From Schmidtea nova (taxonomy: Eukaryota): DNA of 64,000 nucleotides. Where the stretch lies: assembly GCA_044892505.1 (NCBI GenBank), contig CM097883.1, positions 155,124,001 through 155,188,000 of the forward strand, read 5' to 3'. Shown here piece by piece: positions 1-10,894 of this stretch. The notes under the pieces were generated by a model that saw only the letters and a program-made list of their open reading frames with translations, was not told where the DNA came from and did no database searches. A program made the position numbers and the translations under genes. Every line of letters starts with the position of its first letter. Position 1 is the stretch's first letter.

Positions 1-489
1 TTAATATGGTAAGATAGACAATAGGGTTAGGATATAATTATGGTTGGCTTGAGATTTAAATTAATAAAAACTAAAATTTCAAAATAGAAAGAAAATATAA
101 ATATTTGGATGAATTTAATGACTATCGAATACCTCCGAAAAATATATGTTTTTGGTTGAGATTTAGATCCCTGAGTTGAGATTGTGATAATAGGTTGGAC
201 TATGATTTTGTGAATGAAATAAATGTGCGAAATGCTTGCGTCTTTGGATAATACAATGTATAGTGATGGATTGAAATAATTGACTTTATGATGTTTAGAT
301 TTTGATCGGAAAAAATCGAGAATTTTGTGACTGTAGGGTACGGAAACATCTCGAAAAACCCGAAGGGCTTTAATATTCTTTGAGCGAATGATTTTGTTGA
401 TTATATTCTGTTTATTGTTGTGTTATGTGTAACTGAAATGGATCATTGCGTGAAATATTGATATTTTGATGTTGAAAAATGTTTTATTT

Positions 490-812
490 CGATGAAATAA
501 TAAATTTATATTGATGTAGAATATTTTTGTTGAATTGCCGATAAAATTTTATTGAATGCTTATAGATAAATCGTTGAAGAAGGGACAAAATGGGCATTAC
601 ACCTTCTATCGGTAGCCCTTGGACCCAGGAGATATTCGGTCAGTCATAGTTTCGAATTTTCAACGCTCACTGATTGCAAATACACACCCATTTGTTGCAT
701 TACCAACGTTACATTGTGACGGGCAACAAGATGGTTATTTCAATGTTTTGTATGTTGAGTTGTTGATATGAGCCATAGCAACGTGAAAGTCATATTGACG
801 GTCAACAACCCA

Positions 813-815
<3 letters not shown>
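490..815. repeat. Copy 1 of a dispersed ~350-bp repeat (decayed exon-like unit), truncated by the (TA)n run
   Basis: Clearly similar to 12845-13085 and 13120-13441 (e.g. CCTTCTATCGGTAGCCCTTGGACCCAGGAGATATTCGGTC). All frames contain stops. Confidence 0.75.

Positions 816-873
<58 letters not shown>
816..873. repeat. (TA)n microsatellite followed by short (TATG)n
   Basis: Read directly. Confidence 0.98.
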
Positions 874-885
<12 letters not shown>

Positions 886-1560
886 ATAGATTATTTATTA
901 AAATACCCTTCACGATCTCGCAAAATCATAATTTATATATATTTGTAAAACAATACATCCATTCCATTCATTAACACCATCCATATCTAATACCATATAC
1001 AAAATCTATTTAACTACAATACACACATACCACATCGTTTCATCCAACAACATCCATCAGCATCACACAACCAGAAAATCTCCACAAGCACTCACACAAT
1101 TACATTTATTATTTAATTTGCCTATAACATTAATATAATCTCCTACACACATTACATACATTCACTTGCAATCACTTACATTTATATACAATTGTCACAA
1201 CGAAAACTCATAATAACCCTATGAAAATATATGTACGTACCAAATTGCTATTATTACATCTTTCATCACACCTGAAGTTCCTATATCCTTATAATTTACC
1301 TCAACTCATTCATTCGACCCTCACGTACAGCATACTACACTCAGCGACATAAATAAATTTCACCCATCTACCAATTAACCAACTTGCTTACAAGAAAAAT
1401 TTCGCCCCAATAAAAGCACAAAAAAAGGAAAATTTTTAAATTCTTTTATTGTCTTCGATAAAAATCATTTATTATATTATATTTAAAATACCTAAATTTA
1501 TTTATCACATGCGAATCTTAGAAATCAAAAGAAAAGACAAATTGATAATATCTCAAAAAT

Positions 1561-1853
1561 TTATTGATCAAAATTGACGGCCTTCATTGACAGGTTTAAG
1601 GAATAGACATCTCCGACAATGATTTTCTTGCAGCTCTTGAAATGCCAAGTTCCAACACATTTTCTTTTCGAACTTTTCTAAAATTGCTTATATAAATAAA
1701 AATTATTTAATGCTTATAAATATTAACTTCTTGACAGAATTGGCAGTCATGCGTTGCAGGTGATGGAATTCCAATCTTTTGATTTCTTTTTGATGGGAGA
1801 TTCCGTATCTGTTTCCGGGTATGCCGACAGGGCCAGCCTGTTGTTCATCTAGA
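1561..1853 (-). pseudogene. RPL37A: Unprocessed ribosomal protein eL43/L37a pseudogene (2 exons, 50-nt GT-AG intron 1678-1727)
   Basis: Exon 1728-1853 gives AGPVGIPGNRYGISHQKEIKRLEF / (frameshift) THDCQFCQE. Exon 1561-1677 gives KSSKRKCVGTWHFKSCKKIIVGDVYSLN..*. These align to [50 protein letters not shown]. An in-frame TGA, a 1-nt frameshift and a Cys>Phe change in the zinc finger indicate decay. Confidence 0.8.
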
Positions 1854-4498
1854 CTGTAAATTGGTTATAAAACAACATAATTCATGATATTTAACTTACT
1901 CTTATTGTCTCTTGAATCGTGTTTTTTACTTGAAGATATATATTAGTGATTTTAAACAAGTAAAAAATTTTTTTCTCCTAATTTAATAATAAAATTATCG
2001 TTGATAAAATGGAAATTAAGGTCTTAAAATTTCAAATGTAGATTAAAAAATTATTTTAAAAATGTTTTATTTATTAATTATCATAAATTTCAATATTAGC
2101 AAAATTTAATGTTTTGTTAGTGTTGTTGGGCCAAAACGCAATTTGTTTTAATAAAGCGATAACCCCATAGGTAGAGAACGCGCAAGATTCCATTTTTAAC
2201 CTTAGCTGCCATTAAAAATCTAACAATTAAGTATAAAACACCAAAAGGTGAAGTGGAATCAAAACACATCAACCGGTAGAGTACGCGCTAACTGCGAATT
2301 TATAAATATTTTCACTGAAATCTCGAGAAATATTAAAAGCAGAATGTTTGGAAGCTAGAATAGGCAAAAAACCCATGGAAAATGCCCATAAAGAACAGAA
2401 TTTTGTCATAAACCTTCAAGTGCAGAAAAATTAACACAATTTTAGAAGAAAATTGTGATTTTGTCACAGAATTTCACATTTAACAATAGAAAGAATTAAT
2501 ATTGATCGAAATATCATAAATTAAACCAAACCGAACAATTTCGATTTAAAAATAAAGATTTCGAATTAAAATAAATTATTTATGGTTTAATAAAAATTAT
2601 TATACAAAAATATGGAATTAATTTTCGGAAAATCGTTAGAATTAATTTAGAAAAAATTAAGAGAAAATTCTAGAACAATTTGTTTTATCGCACTAGTGAA
2701 GATAGTGAAAAATCGACGGTATATATACCGCCATCAAAATGGCAGAATTCAGAATTTGTGAAAAAATTTTTCGTTTTGTTTAACTAAGAATTTGTACCAT
2801 TTTCAACAGAAATTGTGGGAGAAAAATTTCTTAATTGTTTCTGAAAATTTTACAGAGTTTTTGGCAGACTTTTTGTGAAGATTTCGTGGAGAAGATTCTT
2901 TAGAGAGATTATCAGAATTTTTGAATTTCTGTGAAAGAGGAAGAAGACACTGATTCCCGGAAGACCAAGATAAAAACGAACATTTTATAAAAGAAATTTT
3001 CGTGTGAATTTGAAGATTTTCTGGAGTTTGCGAATCACTGAAAGAAATGTAAGGATTAATTGTTTTTTTAACTTGTTTTTGAGGGGTTTGGGATCGTCGA
3101 TAATCATGCCTGACGATCATCCCATTCCTCGCACTTTATTAATTGATATGGTATTTGTTATTTGTTAATTTTAATTTAATGCTAACACATTATTATGATA
3201 TTATTAAAATAAAATATTTGATTCATATTTTATTCGATTTAGTTTTAAATTTTTTCTTGTTGTTATTACTATCATCACAAATTCCCAAATTAATTAAAAT
3301 TTCATATAAGCATTTATCTAAATACGAAAAAATAAAAAATTTTTTTTTCTCCCATATCTTCTGACGATCCGTCCAGCCTTGGTTGTGCGGATCTGTTAGT
3401 AGCCTGGGTGGATCGTTGTCTGATTGGTAATCGGCCAGCCCATATTTCCACTTAAGGGTGAGGCTCATACATCCATAATCACGTCATCCCAACTGGGGAA
3501 TCGTGGTATGGCCAAGAGCAAGGATTTGTTATACTAATGATTTTTATTATAATAGAGTAACATATTTTTTATTATCTACATAAGCAATTTTGTAATATAA
3601 CATAACAATTTCTAACTCATGTCTTGAAATCTAAAATAGGAAATATTACTGATTAAAAAAAATCGTCTCGTACTCACCTTCACCTTCACATTCTCAACGA
3701 CGATCATCTCATGCGAAAAACGCAAGGAAAATGAATACTAATGATGAAAAGGAAATCGTTCGAAATAATGCTCAAGGCTAGAATAATGCTCACGAAATGA
3801 AACGGATTGTGAAACAAGTATTGATTTGATCTGAATTAAACTCATTATTGTCTAAATAAGTTTTTCCTGTGAACCTCGTTTTCGAGAGCCTGAAATTCCT
3901 AAGTGAAGCGTCCCGAAAAATTCGCGCGCACTTTAATTGGGAAATTCATGCTCAACAAAACCGAAATTCATTTTGTTCGATATCTAAAAATATTCTTGAA
4001 GAATTTATAACTTATGTTATTTTATTTTTTATTCAGTATATAAAACTTTTTAGGTTGAATATCTATTTGGATCTCGGAATTTACGGATAAAAATTTATTG
4101 TTATTTCATTTTGATCAAGGATAAAAATTTACTTTTTATTATACTGCAAAAAATTTTTAAGTGAAAAAATAGTAAACCAAAAACTTTCCTAATATTGTTA
4201 ATGTATAATAGATTTTATCGTTTCATAAAATTCCAGAGAATTTACAAATCAAAAGTTATATTAAACCCCATAAAAATTATAGATTGAAATTTTATTATTA
4301 TATTAAAAATTTTTATCATTTTATAAAAATCTGAATTTGAAATTTTATAGAAAAAATTTTATGATTAATATATATATTCTTAAAATATAAAAATTTAACT
4401 TCAAAAATATATATTACAAAACTTATAAATTTCATCATTAGTTAATTTTCGTAAAATTGTAAATTAAAAATCCGTAAAAAGTATTGTAAAAATTATTA

Positions 4499-5004
4499 TT
4501 TTAGTAGCTGCAAAAACAATTAATAAGACGAAAAAAAATACATTCAATAAAACAAATTGTTCTTTCTTAGCTGCAGATATATCATCAGCTTTCACCGTTG
4601 AATTAATCTTCTTATGCTTCATGAAATAACTGTCTTTAATGCGCTCTGGAATATCAATGGTAGAAATATCTATCTTTGTGCTTGTAGTAATAACTGGGGT
4701 GATTGATTGTCTCATTCGCCTCTTGTGCTCACTGAATTCTTTCGTACGATTTGAGTTCTTTTTAATTGCAACATTCGATTGGTAACTTTGTGGTTTGCGT
4801 TGGGTTTTAATTTGTGCAGCTTCCATTTTTTGTAAATTGCTTCTTGCTTGTTGTTTTTTGAAAAAGGGTAAAAGTGCCATTTTTTTGTGATTTAAACAAA
4901 TTGATTTTTTTATATAAATAAATTGATAATTGATTTTAATATATAAATAATATGACATTTAATTAAATAATATAATAACATATAATTATAACGGAAGCTC
5001 TACA
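4499..5004 (-). repeat. 3' LTR (506 bp), starts TGTAG on the minus strand
   Basis: Matches 10389-10894 with only two substitutions seen, near the U3 start (AGAGCTTCC vs AGTGCCTCC). Confidence 0.95.
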
Positions 5005-5016
5005 ATAGCCCCCGCC
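5005..5016 (-). promoter_or_regulatory. Polypurine tract
   Basis: Minus strand reads GGCGGGGGCTAT immediately before the TGTAG of the 3' LTR. Confidence 0.75.
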
Positions 5017-5054
5017 GAAGTACGCGGAGCGTTTGGGAAAGGCAAAAAACGAAT

Positions 5055-8000
5055 TCAAGGATCTGAGTGGAAATCGAGATGGTAGTCTGAGAGATACTGT
5101 GGAGGACGGCGGATGCGATTGTGTGACAATGGGTTGCGAAATGTTTCGGTCTGCGGAATTGGAAAGGGTTGGTGAGCCTGTGGGTCTGGGTCAAATGTGG
5201 GGTCTTCGGTTAGATCTTCGTCTGACTGGTGGTGTAGTGGAAGTTCGTTGTCCTGATCCGCTAATATAAGAGCCGGTTTTAGGCGGTTCAGGTTTATGAT
5301 GTGTGTTGTACCATCTATGTATAGTTCGGCCGTGTTTTTGTGTATTTTGATAATCGGGTAGGGTCCTTTATACCGGGGCTTTAAACTGGATGAGTCAATG
5401 CATTTTAACCAGGCGTGTGAGGCTGAGGTAAGAGTATGCGGCATGTAGGGTTTGTAAGAGGTAGAGTATGTGAAGGACGGATTTGAGTCTAGAGCTAGGA
5501 AGTGGCTGCGGGCCTGGTTTATTTGTTGGAGAGACGATTCGGAGTCTGTTTCTATAAGTTCTGATGGCATGCGTGTGTTAGCGCCGAACAGTAATTGTGC
5601 CGGGGAGACTCCACTTGAGCGATTGGGTGTGTTGTGCCATCCAAGTAGAACGAACGGCAGAGACTTTGTCCATCCGGAGGAGGATGCGAGAATACGAAGT
5701 GAGGTCTTGATAGTGCGGTGGGCACGTTCGACGAGACCGTTGGTCTGTGGGTGATAGGCAGAGGTGCGTATGTGTTTAATGCTTAGCGCGTTTGTCAGGT
5801 AATTAAATAAGTCCGATTCGAATTGGCGCCCTTGGTCTGTAATGATTGTTGTAGGGATACCGTAACGGGAAAACCAGGTAGACACTAAGTAGTCTGCAAC
5901 AGTGGGTGCTGTGATATTGGGTATGGGTACTGCTTCGAACCAGCGCGTCTTACGATCTATCATTGTAAGGATGAAGGAGAATCCGTTGTCCGCCGGAAGT
6001 GGTCCCACGAGATCAATGTGCAAAATATCGAAGCGGGAGCCTGTGGGGAAAGGGGTGAGCGGTGGTTTGACATGTTTGTGAACTTTATGCTGCTGGCACC
6101 CTTGACACTCACTTACCCATCGTTTGACGTCTTTGAATAGGGCGTACCAGGTGACTTTCTGGCGTAGTAGTGCGTATGTCGATTTGATGCCGGGATGGTG
6201 TAGGTTGTGAACTGCGAAAAACGCTTCTTTGCGAAGTGACTCGTGTAGAATGGGGCGTAGCGTATTGTTGAAAGATCTGTCGTAATGGACACCGTCGATG
6301 AGTTTGTGGGAGTCTTTGAACCTGGAAATATCTTTCTCAGAAGGAGGCGTGGATGAAAGGATATCTAACGAGAAGATAGGAGAAAAAGATATTGACGTTA
6401 TGATCGCGCGCGAAAGGCAGTCTGCAATGACGTTGTCTCCACCTGCTATGTGTTTGATCACGAAATCAAACGATGATAGAAATGCTAGTTGACGAAATAC
6501 CCTATTCGATGGATCTTTCATGGTGAGGCAGTGTAGGAGAGGTTTGTGGTCGGTGAATATTGTGAAATGTCTACCCTCTAGGAAGTGTCGGAAATGTTTC
6601 ATGGCCAGCACGATGGCTAGTAGCTCTCTGTCGAAGACACTGTACCTTGTTTCTGCTAATGAGAATTTACGGGAAAAGAATTCGATGGGACGGGAAACGT
6701 TGTCTTTAATCTGATGGAGAACAGCCCCAGCTGCTATGTCCGAGGCATCGGTGGTTAGAGTGAATGGCAGGTCGTTATGTGGGTAATACAGCGTTGAGAT
6801 ATTAGTCAATGCGTTTTTTACGTTGATGAAGGCCTGATCCGTTTTGTCGGACCATTTTATTATAGCCTTTTTGGGGCCGTGATTGAGTGCTGACAGTGGT
6901 GCGGTAATGCGGGACGAGTTTGGGATAAATCTGTGGCAGAAGTTTACAGTTCCGAGAAAGCTGCGAAGCTCTGTGACCGTGGACGGTTTGGGAAATGATC
7001 GGATAATGTCTAGCCTTTCTGGGAATGGTTCACATCCGTCTGCGGACAGTATGTGTCCTAGAAAACGGACGCGCGACTTGAAGAATTGACATTTTTCAAC
7101 GCTAATCTGAAGGTTATTTTTGTCGAGGACTTCAAAAACCTGTATTAAGTCTCTTGCGTGTGAGGATTCGTCAGTAGAAGCGACAATGATATCGTCTAGA
7201 TAGACGAAGGTGTGGTTGAGATGTCTGAAAGTGATGTCCATGAAGCGTTGGAGTGTTTGTGCGGCATTCCTAAGGCCGAATGGCATGAACAAGTATTCGA
7301 AATTGCCGAAAGGGGTAGTTACAGCTGTTTTTGGAACGTCATCTGGATTTACAGGGAACTGGTGAAATGCTTTGGCGAGGTCGATCGTTGAAAAGACTGT
7401 ATTCCCCGAAAAACGTGAAAATAGGTCCTTAATGAGAGGCATAGGGTAGGCGTCATGAATCGTTACGCTGTTCAACACTCGAAAATCACCACAAGGGCGG
7501 AAGGAGCCATCTTTTTTCGTGACTACATGGATAGGGGAAGCCCATGGGGAGGACGTGCGTCGAATGATGCCTTTGTCTTCGAGTTCGGAAAATTCTAGTT
7601 CGACGGCCTGTCGTCTATTGATAGCCAGAGGCCTGGAACGAGCGCTTTGTGGTGTGCACGGAACAGTGGTGATGAAATGGACGGATTCTTTGCTGGGTAC
7701 GTGTGTGGTAGACTTGGTGAGGAGGTTCGGGAAATTTGTGGCGATGACTGATTCTACGTTGTCTGTTGTTAAAGTGATTGTTGTTTTTGGCGACACTATC
7801 GCGGAAACTGGATGAGGGAGTTGATACAGTTTTCTGTTTTTACAGTCGATGTTCACTTCTTCGGTTGTTAAGAAATCGAGACCTAGAATCGGGAATGTTG
7901 TGTCGGCAATGTAAAATGAGTGCGAGAAACGTTTAGAAAAGCCGGGAAGGCGAAATTCGATTGTTTTCGTACCGGAGAGCATTATGTGCGTACCGTTTGC

Positions 8001-8639
8001 GGCTATGGCGGAGGATGAGCAGGGTGTGTCTGCAGTGAAGGTGGTGGGTAGAATTGAATACGACGAACCTGTGTCTATAAGGACTGTTATTGTGCGTTGT
8101 TTGGGTTGTCCGTGTGCTTCTAACAGTTCGGCGGTGATGGTGAAATTTCCGGGAGTTCTGGTTAAAATTGATGTGGCCAGGGTTGCTTTGTTTATGGTGG
8201 AGGTGGTGGTCGGTGACGGTGGTGGTAGGATGCTCGTGTTGTCTGTGGGAATTTCGTAGTGAGGAGGGGTGAGTGGTGTTTGTGGCATTGATAGTGGCGC
8301 TTTTAGTGGTTTTATGCACGTTGATGTTGGTAATGATGCAGGCGGTTCTGAGAATGGTGTTTTTGTTGTAGGTGGCGTTTGTGTTTGTGTTGTGCGGGTT
8401 GTGCTGAGTGGTGTAGTGAGTTGAGCTGTGCGAAGAAATTGACGTGCGTGGTGAGTAGTGGTCATGCCTGACATGGTGTTTGCTGGAGGAGTTGATATTG
8501 TGTACGCTGGACGTGGTTTGCTGTGAGGAAGAGTGTTCCCTGGCAGGAAGTCATCGGAGCGTCCAGGAATATCCGATGACTCAGTTAGTTTTTTGCATGA
8601 AGGTAACTGGTCATGTGCCAAGTGCATCCATCTATGCAC
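5055..8639 (-). CDS. pol: Pol polyprotein (aspartic protease, RT, RNase H, integrase with GPY motif), intact; probably entered by -1 frameshift near 8590
   Basis: VLIDTGSS (PR); YLDD (RT); TTDASD..GAVLHQ (RH); H-H..Cxx[27 protein letters not shown] (IN); RYKGPYPII. Confidence 0.97.
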   Translation of the reverse strand: MHRWMHLAHDQLPSCKKLTESSDIPGRSDDFLPGNTLPHSKPRPAYTISTPPANTMSGMTTTHHARQFLRTAQLTTPLSTTRTTQTQTPPTTKTPFSEPPASLPTSTCIKPLKAPLSMPQTPLTPPHYEIPTDNTSILPPPSPTTTSTINKATLATSILTRTPGNFTITAELLEAHGQPKQRTITVLIDTGSSYSILPTTFTADTPCSSSAIAANGTHIMLSGTKTIEFRLPGFSKRFSHSFYIADTTFPILGLDFLTTEEVNIDCKNRKLYQLPHPVSAIVSPKTTITLTTDNVESVIATNFPNLLTKSTTHVPSKESVHFITTVPCTPQSARSRPLAINRRQAVELEFSELEDKGIIRRTSSPWASPIHVVTKKDGSFRPCGDFRVLNSVTIHDAYPMPLIKDLFSRFSGNTVFSTIDLAKAFHQFPVNPDDVPKTAVTTPFGNFEYLFMPFGLRNAAQTLQRFMDITFRHLNHTFVYLDDIIVASTDESSHARDLIQVFEVLDKNNLQISVEKCQFFKSRVRFLGHILSADGCEPFPERLDIIRSFPKPSTVTELRSFLGTVNFCHRFIPNSSRITAPLSALNHGPKKAIIKWSDKTDQAFINVKNALTNISTLYYPHNDLPFTLTTDASDIAAGAVLHQIKDNVSRPIEFFSRKFSLAETRYSVFDRELLAIVLAMKHFRHFLEGRHFTIFTDHKPLLHCLTMKDPSNRVFRQLAFLSSFDFVIKHIAGGDNVIADCLSRAIITSISFSPIFSLDILSSTPPSEKDISRFKDSHKLIDGVHYDRSFNNTLRPILHESLRKEAFFAVHNLHHPGIKSTYALLRQKVTWYALFKDVKRWVSECQGCQQHKVHKHVKPPLTPFPTGSRFDILHIDLVGPLPADNGFSFILTMIDRKTRWFEAVPIPNITAPTVADYLVSTWFSRYGIPTTIITDQGRQFESDLFNYLTNALSIKHIRTSAYHPQTNGLVERAHRTIKTSLRILASSSGWTKSLPFVLLGWHNTPNRSSGVSPAQLLFGANTRMPSELIETDSESSLQQINQARSHFLALDSNPSFTYSTSYKPYMPHTLTSASHAWLKCIDSSSLKPRYKGPYPIIKIHKNTAELYIDGTTHIINLNRLKPALILADQDNELPLHHQSDEDLTEDPTFDPDPQAHQPFPIPQTETFRNPLSHNRIRRPPQYLSDYHLDFHSDP

Positions 8640-8820
8640 GATTTGGCTTCGTTCTTGAATAGATGGTGGTAGATACAGATTGGAATGACTGGGCTATGAG
8701 GATTGTGGAATTCGGACGCGCAACCAATGCAGCATTTTTGTGCATGCTTTTTGAATCGGCTGTGGAAATAGCAAATTAGTGGTGTGCTGCTAGTGGGTTG
8801 TACGTTCTGTGTGTGTGTGT
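8585..8820 (-). CDS. Gag C-terminus in a frame shifted from ORF1, with two CHCC knuckles, ending in an A-AAA-AAC slippery site then TAA
   Basis: My translation: [59 protein letters not shown]. The heptamer AAAAAAC lies at 8588-8594 and the pol frame is -1 to this frame. Confidence 0.85.
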
Positions 8821-10848
8821 AACAGGTGGATGATTGGGGCGTTGTGCTTGCTGTAATGGAGGTGTATAGTTGGAATACTTTGTGACGTTGCAGGTGTAGT
8901 GGTTTTCGGGTGAATGTGTTGCGTTGACAATGGAGGGTGGCGGTGGTGGTGTGTAATTATCAGCGCGCGGTTTATGGAGTTGGAGTGCATAAATGCGATC
9001 AGCTATTTTAGCAAGATGGTACGGGTCTTCAGAGTCTACCAGTGCGAGGGAGGTTTGTAGATTATATGGAAGAGCGGAGAGAAATTGGTGTTTCAAGAGT
9101 TGAATGTTTTTGGATAGATCTGGAATGGCGATGTCGTTGGAGCGGGCAATCTGTGCTAGGAACAGGCTTGGTTGCTGTCCTGCGTAATTTTGTGGTGCCA
9201 AAAGCTTTGTGAGAGCTTGGGTTTGTGATGAGGTGTATTTTGACACTATCAGGGATTTGAGACCATCGTACGGGTTGTCTGCGTAAAGCGCGTCGGCTAT
9301 TTTCGGTGCAAGCTCGGCTATCAGCTCCGATAGTAGGCTGTCAAGTAGGTAATCGGCGCGTGATTTCGGAAAGGAAGACGTGCGCGATTCGAAAATGCGG
9401 AACCACGACGAGGGTGTGCCGTCGGGATCCAAAAAGAACAAAATTGGGCGTGACGTGGATGAACAAGACGGTTCTGTAGTGGTTCGGACGCCTCCTAAAA
9501 CGCGGCAATGAATTTCTATTATAGAATTAGGTGGAATGTCGGTGAGTGACGAAACTGGGAAACCATTGCACGTCATGTAAAATTCATTCTTATTAATCAG
9601 ATGGGAGGTGGCGATATCAGTGCGCAGATCCGTGAAAATGGGGATTTGGCGTGTTTTGTGGTTGAAACGCGTGAGGACATATGTTGGGAAAGTGGCGAAA
9701 GAATCGTTGTTGTACATGGTGGATTGAGTGGGGTTGTGAGCGTGACTTGTATTGAATGTGTCAAAAAACTGGACAAGGTATTTGTGAATTTTGAGAAAGA
9801 TAATAAAAATAATTTTAAAATTTAGTATGAATAAAAATAATATAAATAAATATAATATATTATGTAATTTAATATTATAAATAATACATATAAAATACCA
9901 CTCGCTCGATAATCCCAAATAGCTGTTGCAATTGTTTTGAGAAATAGGCGCTTCCATCTGCAACGCCGCTCCGTTAGTGGAACTGTGAATGACACAGGAA
10001 TCGGAGCCGAGGTCGAGTTTACGCAACGGACAAGAACAACTAGCAGTTTTGAATTGAGGATAAACTTTACATTGCATGGTAAATCTTTGACCAATGACAT
10101 ATTGTTCAGGTAATGAGACGATGTTGACTGAGTATTCAACTGATTGCCTGTTGTAATTGACACTTTCACGCTTTCCTGTTTCTACTGATTGACAGAATGT
10201 AGTTTCTGAGGCTGGTTGAAATGTCGAGGCTTCCAATTCCATTGATGACCCGGTCTCAGTAGTTCCTTTAACAGCGCATTTATAAGAACCTGAATCATCT
10301 CGTCTCAATTGTTCAAAAGTGATGCTGGTGTTTGCGAATTTCGTAATGACGTTTGCCTCATATATCATATCAGGGTTTCTGACACCATTTTTAGTAGCTG
10401 CAAAAACAATTAATAAGACGAAAAAAAATACATTCAATAAAACAAATTGTTCTTTCTTAGCTGCAGATATATCATCAGCTTTCACCGTTGAATTAATCTT
10501 CTTATGCTTCATGAAATAACTGTCTTTAATGCGCTCTGGAATATCAATGGTAGAAATATCTATCTTTGTGCTTGTAGTAATAACTGGGGTGATTGATTGT
10601 CTCATTCGCCTCTTGTGCTCACTGAATTCTTTCGTACGATTTGAGTTCTTTTTAATTGCAACATTCGATTGGTAACTTTGTGGTTTGCGTTGGGTTTTAA
10701 TTTGTGCAGCTTCCATTTTTTGTAAATTGCTTCTTGCTTGTTGTTTTTTGAAAAAGGGTAAAAGTGCCATTTTTTTGTGATTTAAACAAATTGATTTTTT
10801 TATATAAATAAATTGATAATTGATTTTAATATATAAATAATATGACAT
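8776..10848 (-). CDS. ORF1: LTR-encoded basic region + TM + Ig-like fragment + hydrophobic segment + ubiquitin-like domain + CsRn1-type Gag (probable start Met27 at 10770)
   Basis: TM FVLLNVFFFVLLIVFAAT; Ig F-strand motif LRRDDSGSYKC and B-strand-like GQRFTMQCKV; 76-aa unit ending IEIHCRVLGG (9490-9717); Gag N-terminal motif FFLDPDGTPSSWFRIFESR and LxxxFLSALP. Confidence 0.8.
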   Translation of the reverse strand: MSYYLYIKINYQFIYIKKSICLNHKKMALLPFFKKQQARSNLQKMEAAQIKTQRKPQSYQSNVAIKKNSNRTKEFSEHKRRMRQSITPVITTSTKIDISTIDIPERIKDSYFMKHKKINSTVKADDISAAKKEQFVLLNVFFFVLLIVFAATKNGVRNPDMIYEANVITKFANTSITFEQLRRDDSGSYKCAVKGTTETGSSMELEASTFQPASETTFCQSVETGKRESVNYNRQSVEYSVNIVSLPEQYVIGQRFTMQCKVYPQFKTASCSCPLRKLDLGSDSCVIHSSTNGAALQMEAPISQNNCNSYLGLSSEWYFICIIYNIKLHNILYLFILFLFILNFKIIFIIFLKIHKYLVQFFDTFNTSHAHNPTQSTMYNNDSFATFPTYVLTRFNHKTRQIPIFTDLRTDIATSHLINKNEFYMTCNGFPVSSLTDIPPNSIIEIHCRVLGGVRTTTEPSCSSTSRPILFFLDPDGTPSSWFRIFESRTSSFPKSRADYLLDSLLSELIAELAPKIADALYADNPYDGLKSLIVSKYTSSQTQALTKLLAPQNYAGQQPSLFLAQIARSNDIAIPDLSKNIQLLKHQFLSALPYNLQTSLALVDSEDPYHLAKIADRIYALQLHKPRADNYTPPPPPSIVNATHSPENHYTCNVTKYSNYTPPLQQAQRPNHPPVTHTHRTYNPLAAHH
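10377..10387 (-). promoter_or_regulatory. Primer-binding site, tRNA-Leu(CAA)-like
   Basis: TGGTGTCAGAA starts 1 nt after the 5' LTR and matches the first 11 nt of the known Leu-type PBS TGGTGTCAGAAGTGGGAT. Confidence 0.7.
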
Positions 10849-10894
10849 TTAATTAAATAATATAATAACATATAATTATAACGGAGGCACTACA
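10389..10894 (-). repeat. 5' LTR (506 bp) with TATA-like TATATAAAAAAA ~40 nt upstream of the ATG at 10770
   Basis: Direct repeat of 4499-5004, followed by the PBS. Confidence 0.95.

Larger units (their letters stand above)
4499..10894 (-). mobile_element. Full-length Ty3/Gypsy LTR retrotransposon, CsRn1-like lineage (6.4 kb)
   Basis: 506-bp direct repeats at both ends, PBS, PPT, and a 4-bp TSD ATTA (4495-4498 / 10895-10898; 5-6 bp also possible in this AT context). Pol order is PR-RT-RH-IN. RT motif [24 protein letters not shown] and CHCC gag knuckles are typical of CsRn1/Kabuki/Boudicca. Confidence 0.95.

Noticed and set aside
768-4090. Short ORFs such as 768-974, 3143-3364, 43456-43656 and similar I/Y/F/L-rich ORFs
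   Set aside because: Products of (TA)n or AT-rich low complexity, often with non-ATG starts.
5033-8662. Plus-strand ORFs overlapping pol, and similar antisense ORFs over MULE, gag, TRAF and the ANK ORFs
   Set aside because: Shadow frames of real coding sequence, with no recognisable motifs.
9900-10848. The Ig/TM ORF as a host gene into which the retrotransposon inserted
   Set aside because: The TM part lies inside the LTR and is repeated at 4499-5004. The Ig part lies between the PBS and gag, and the TSD flanks the whole unit.
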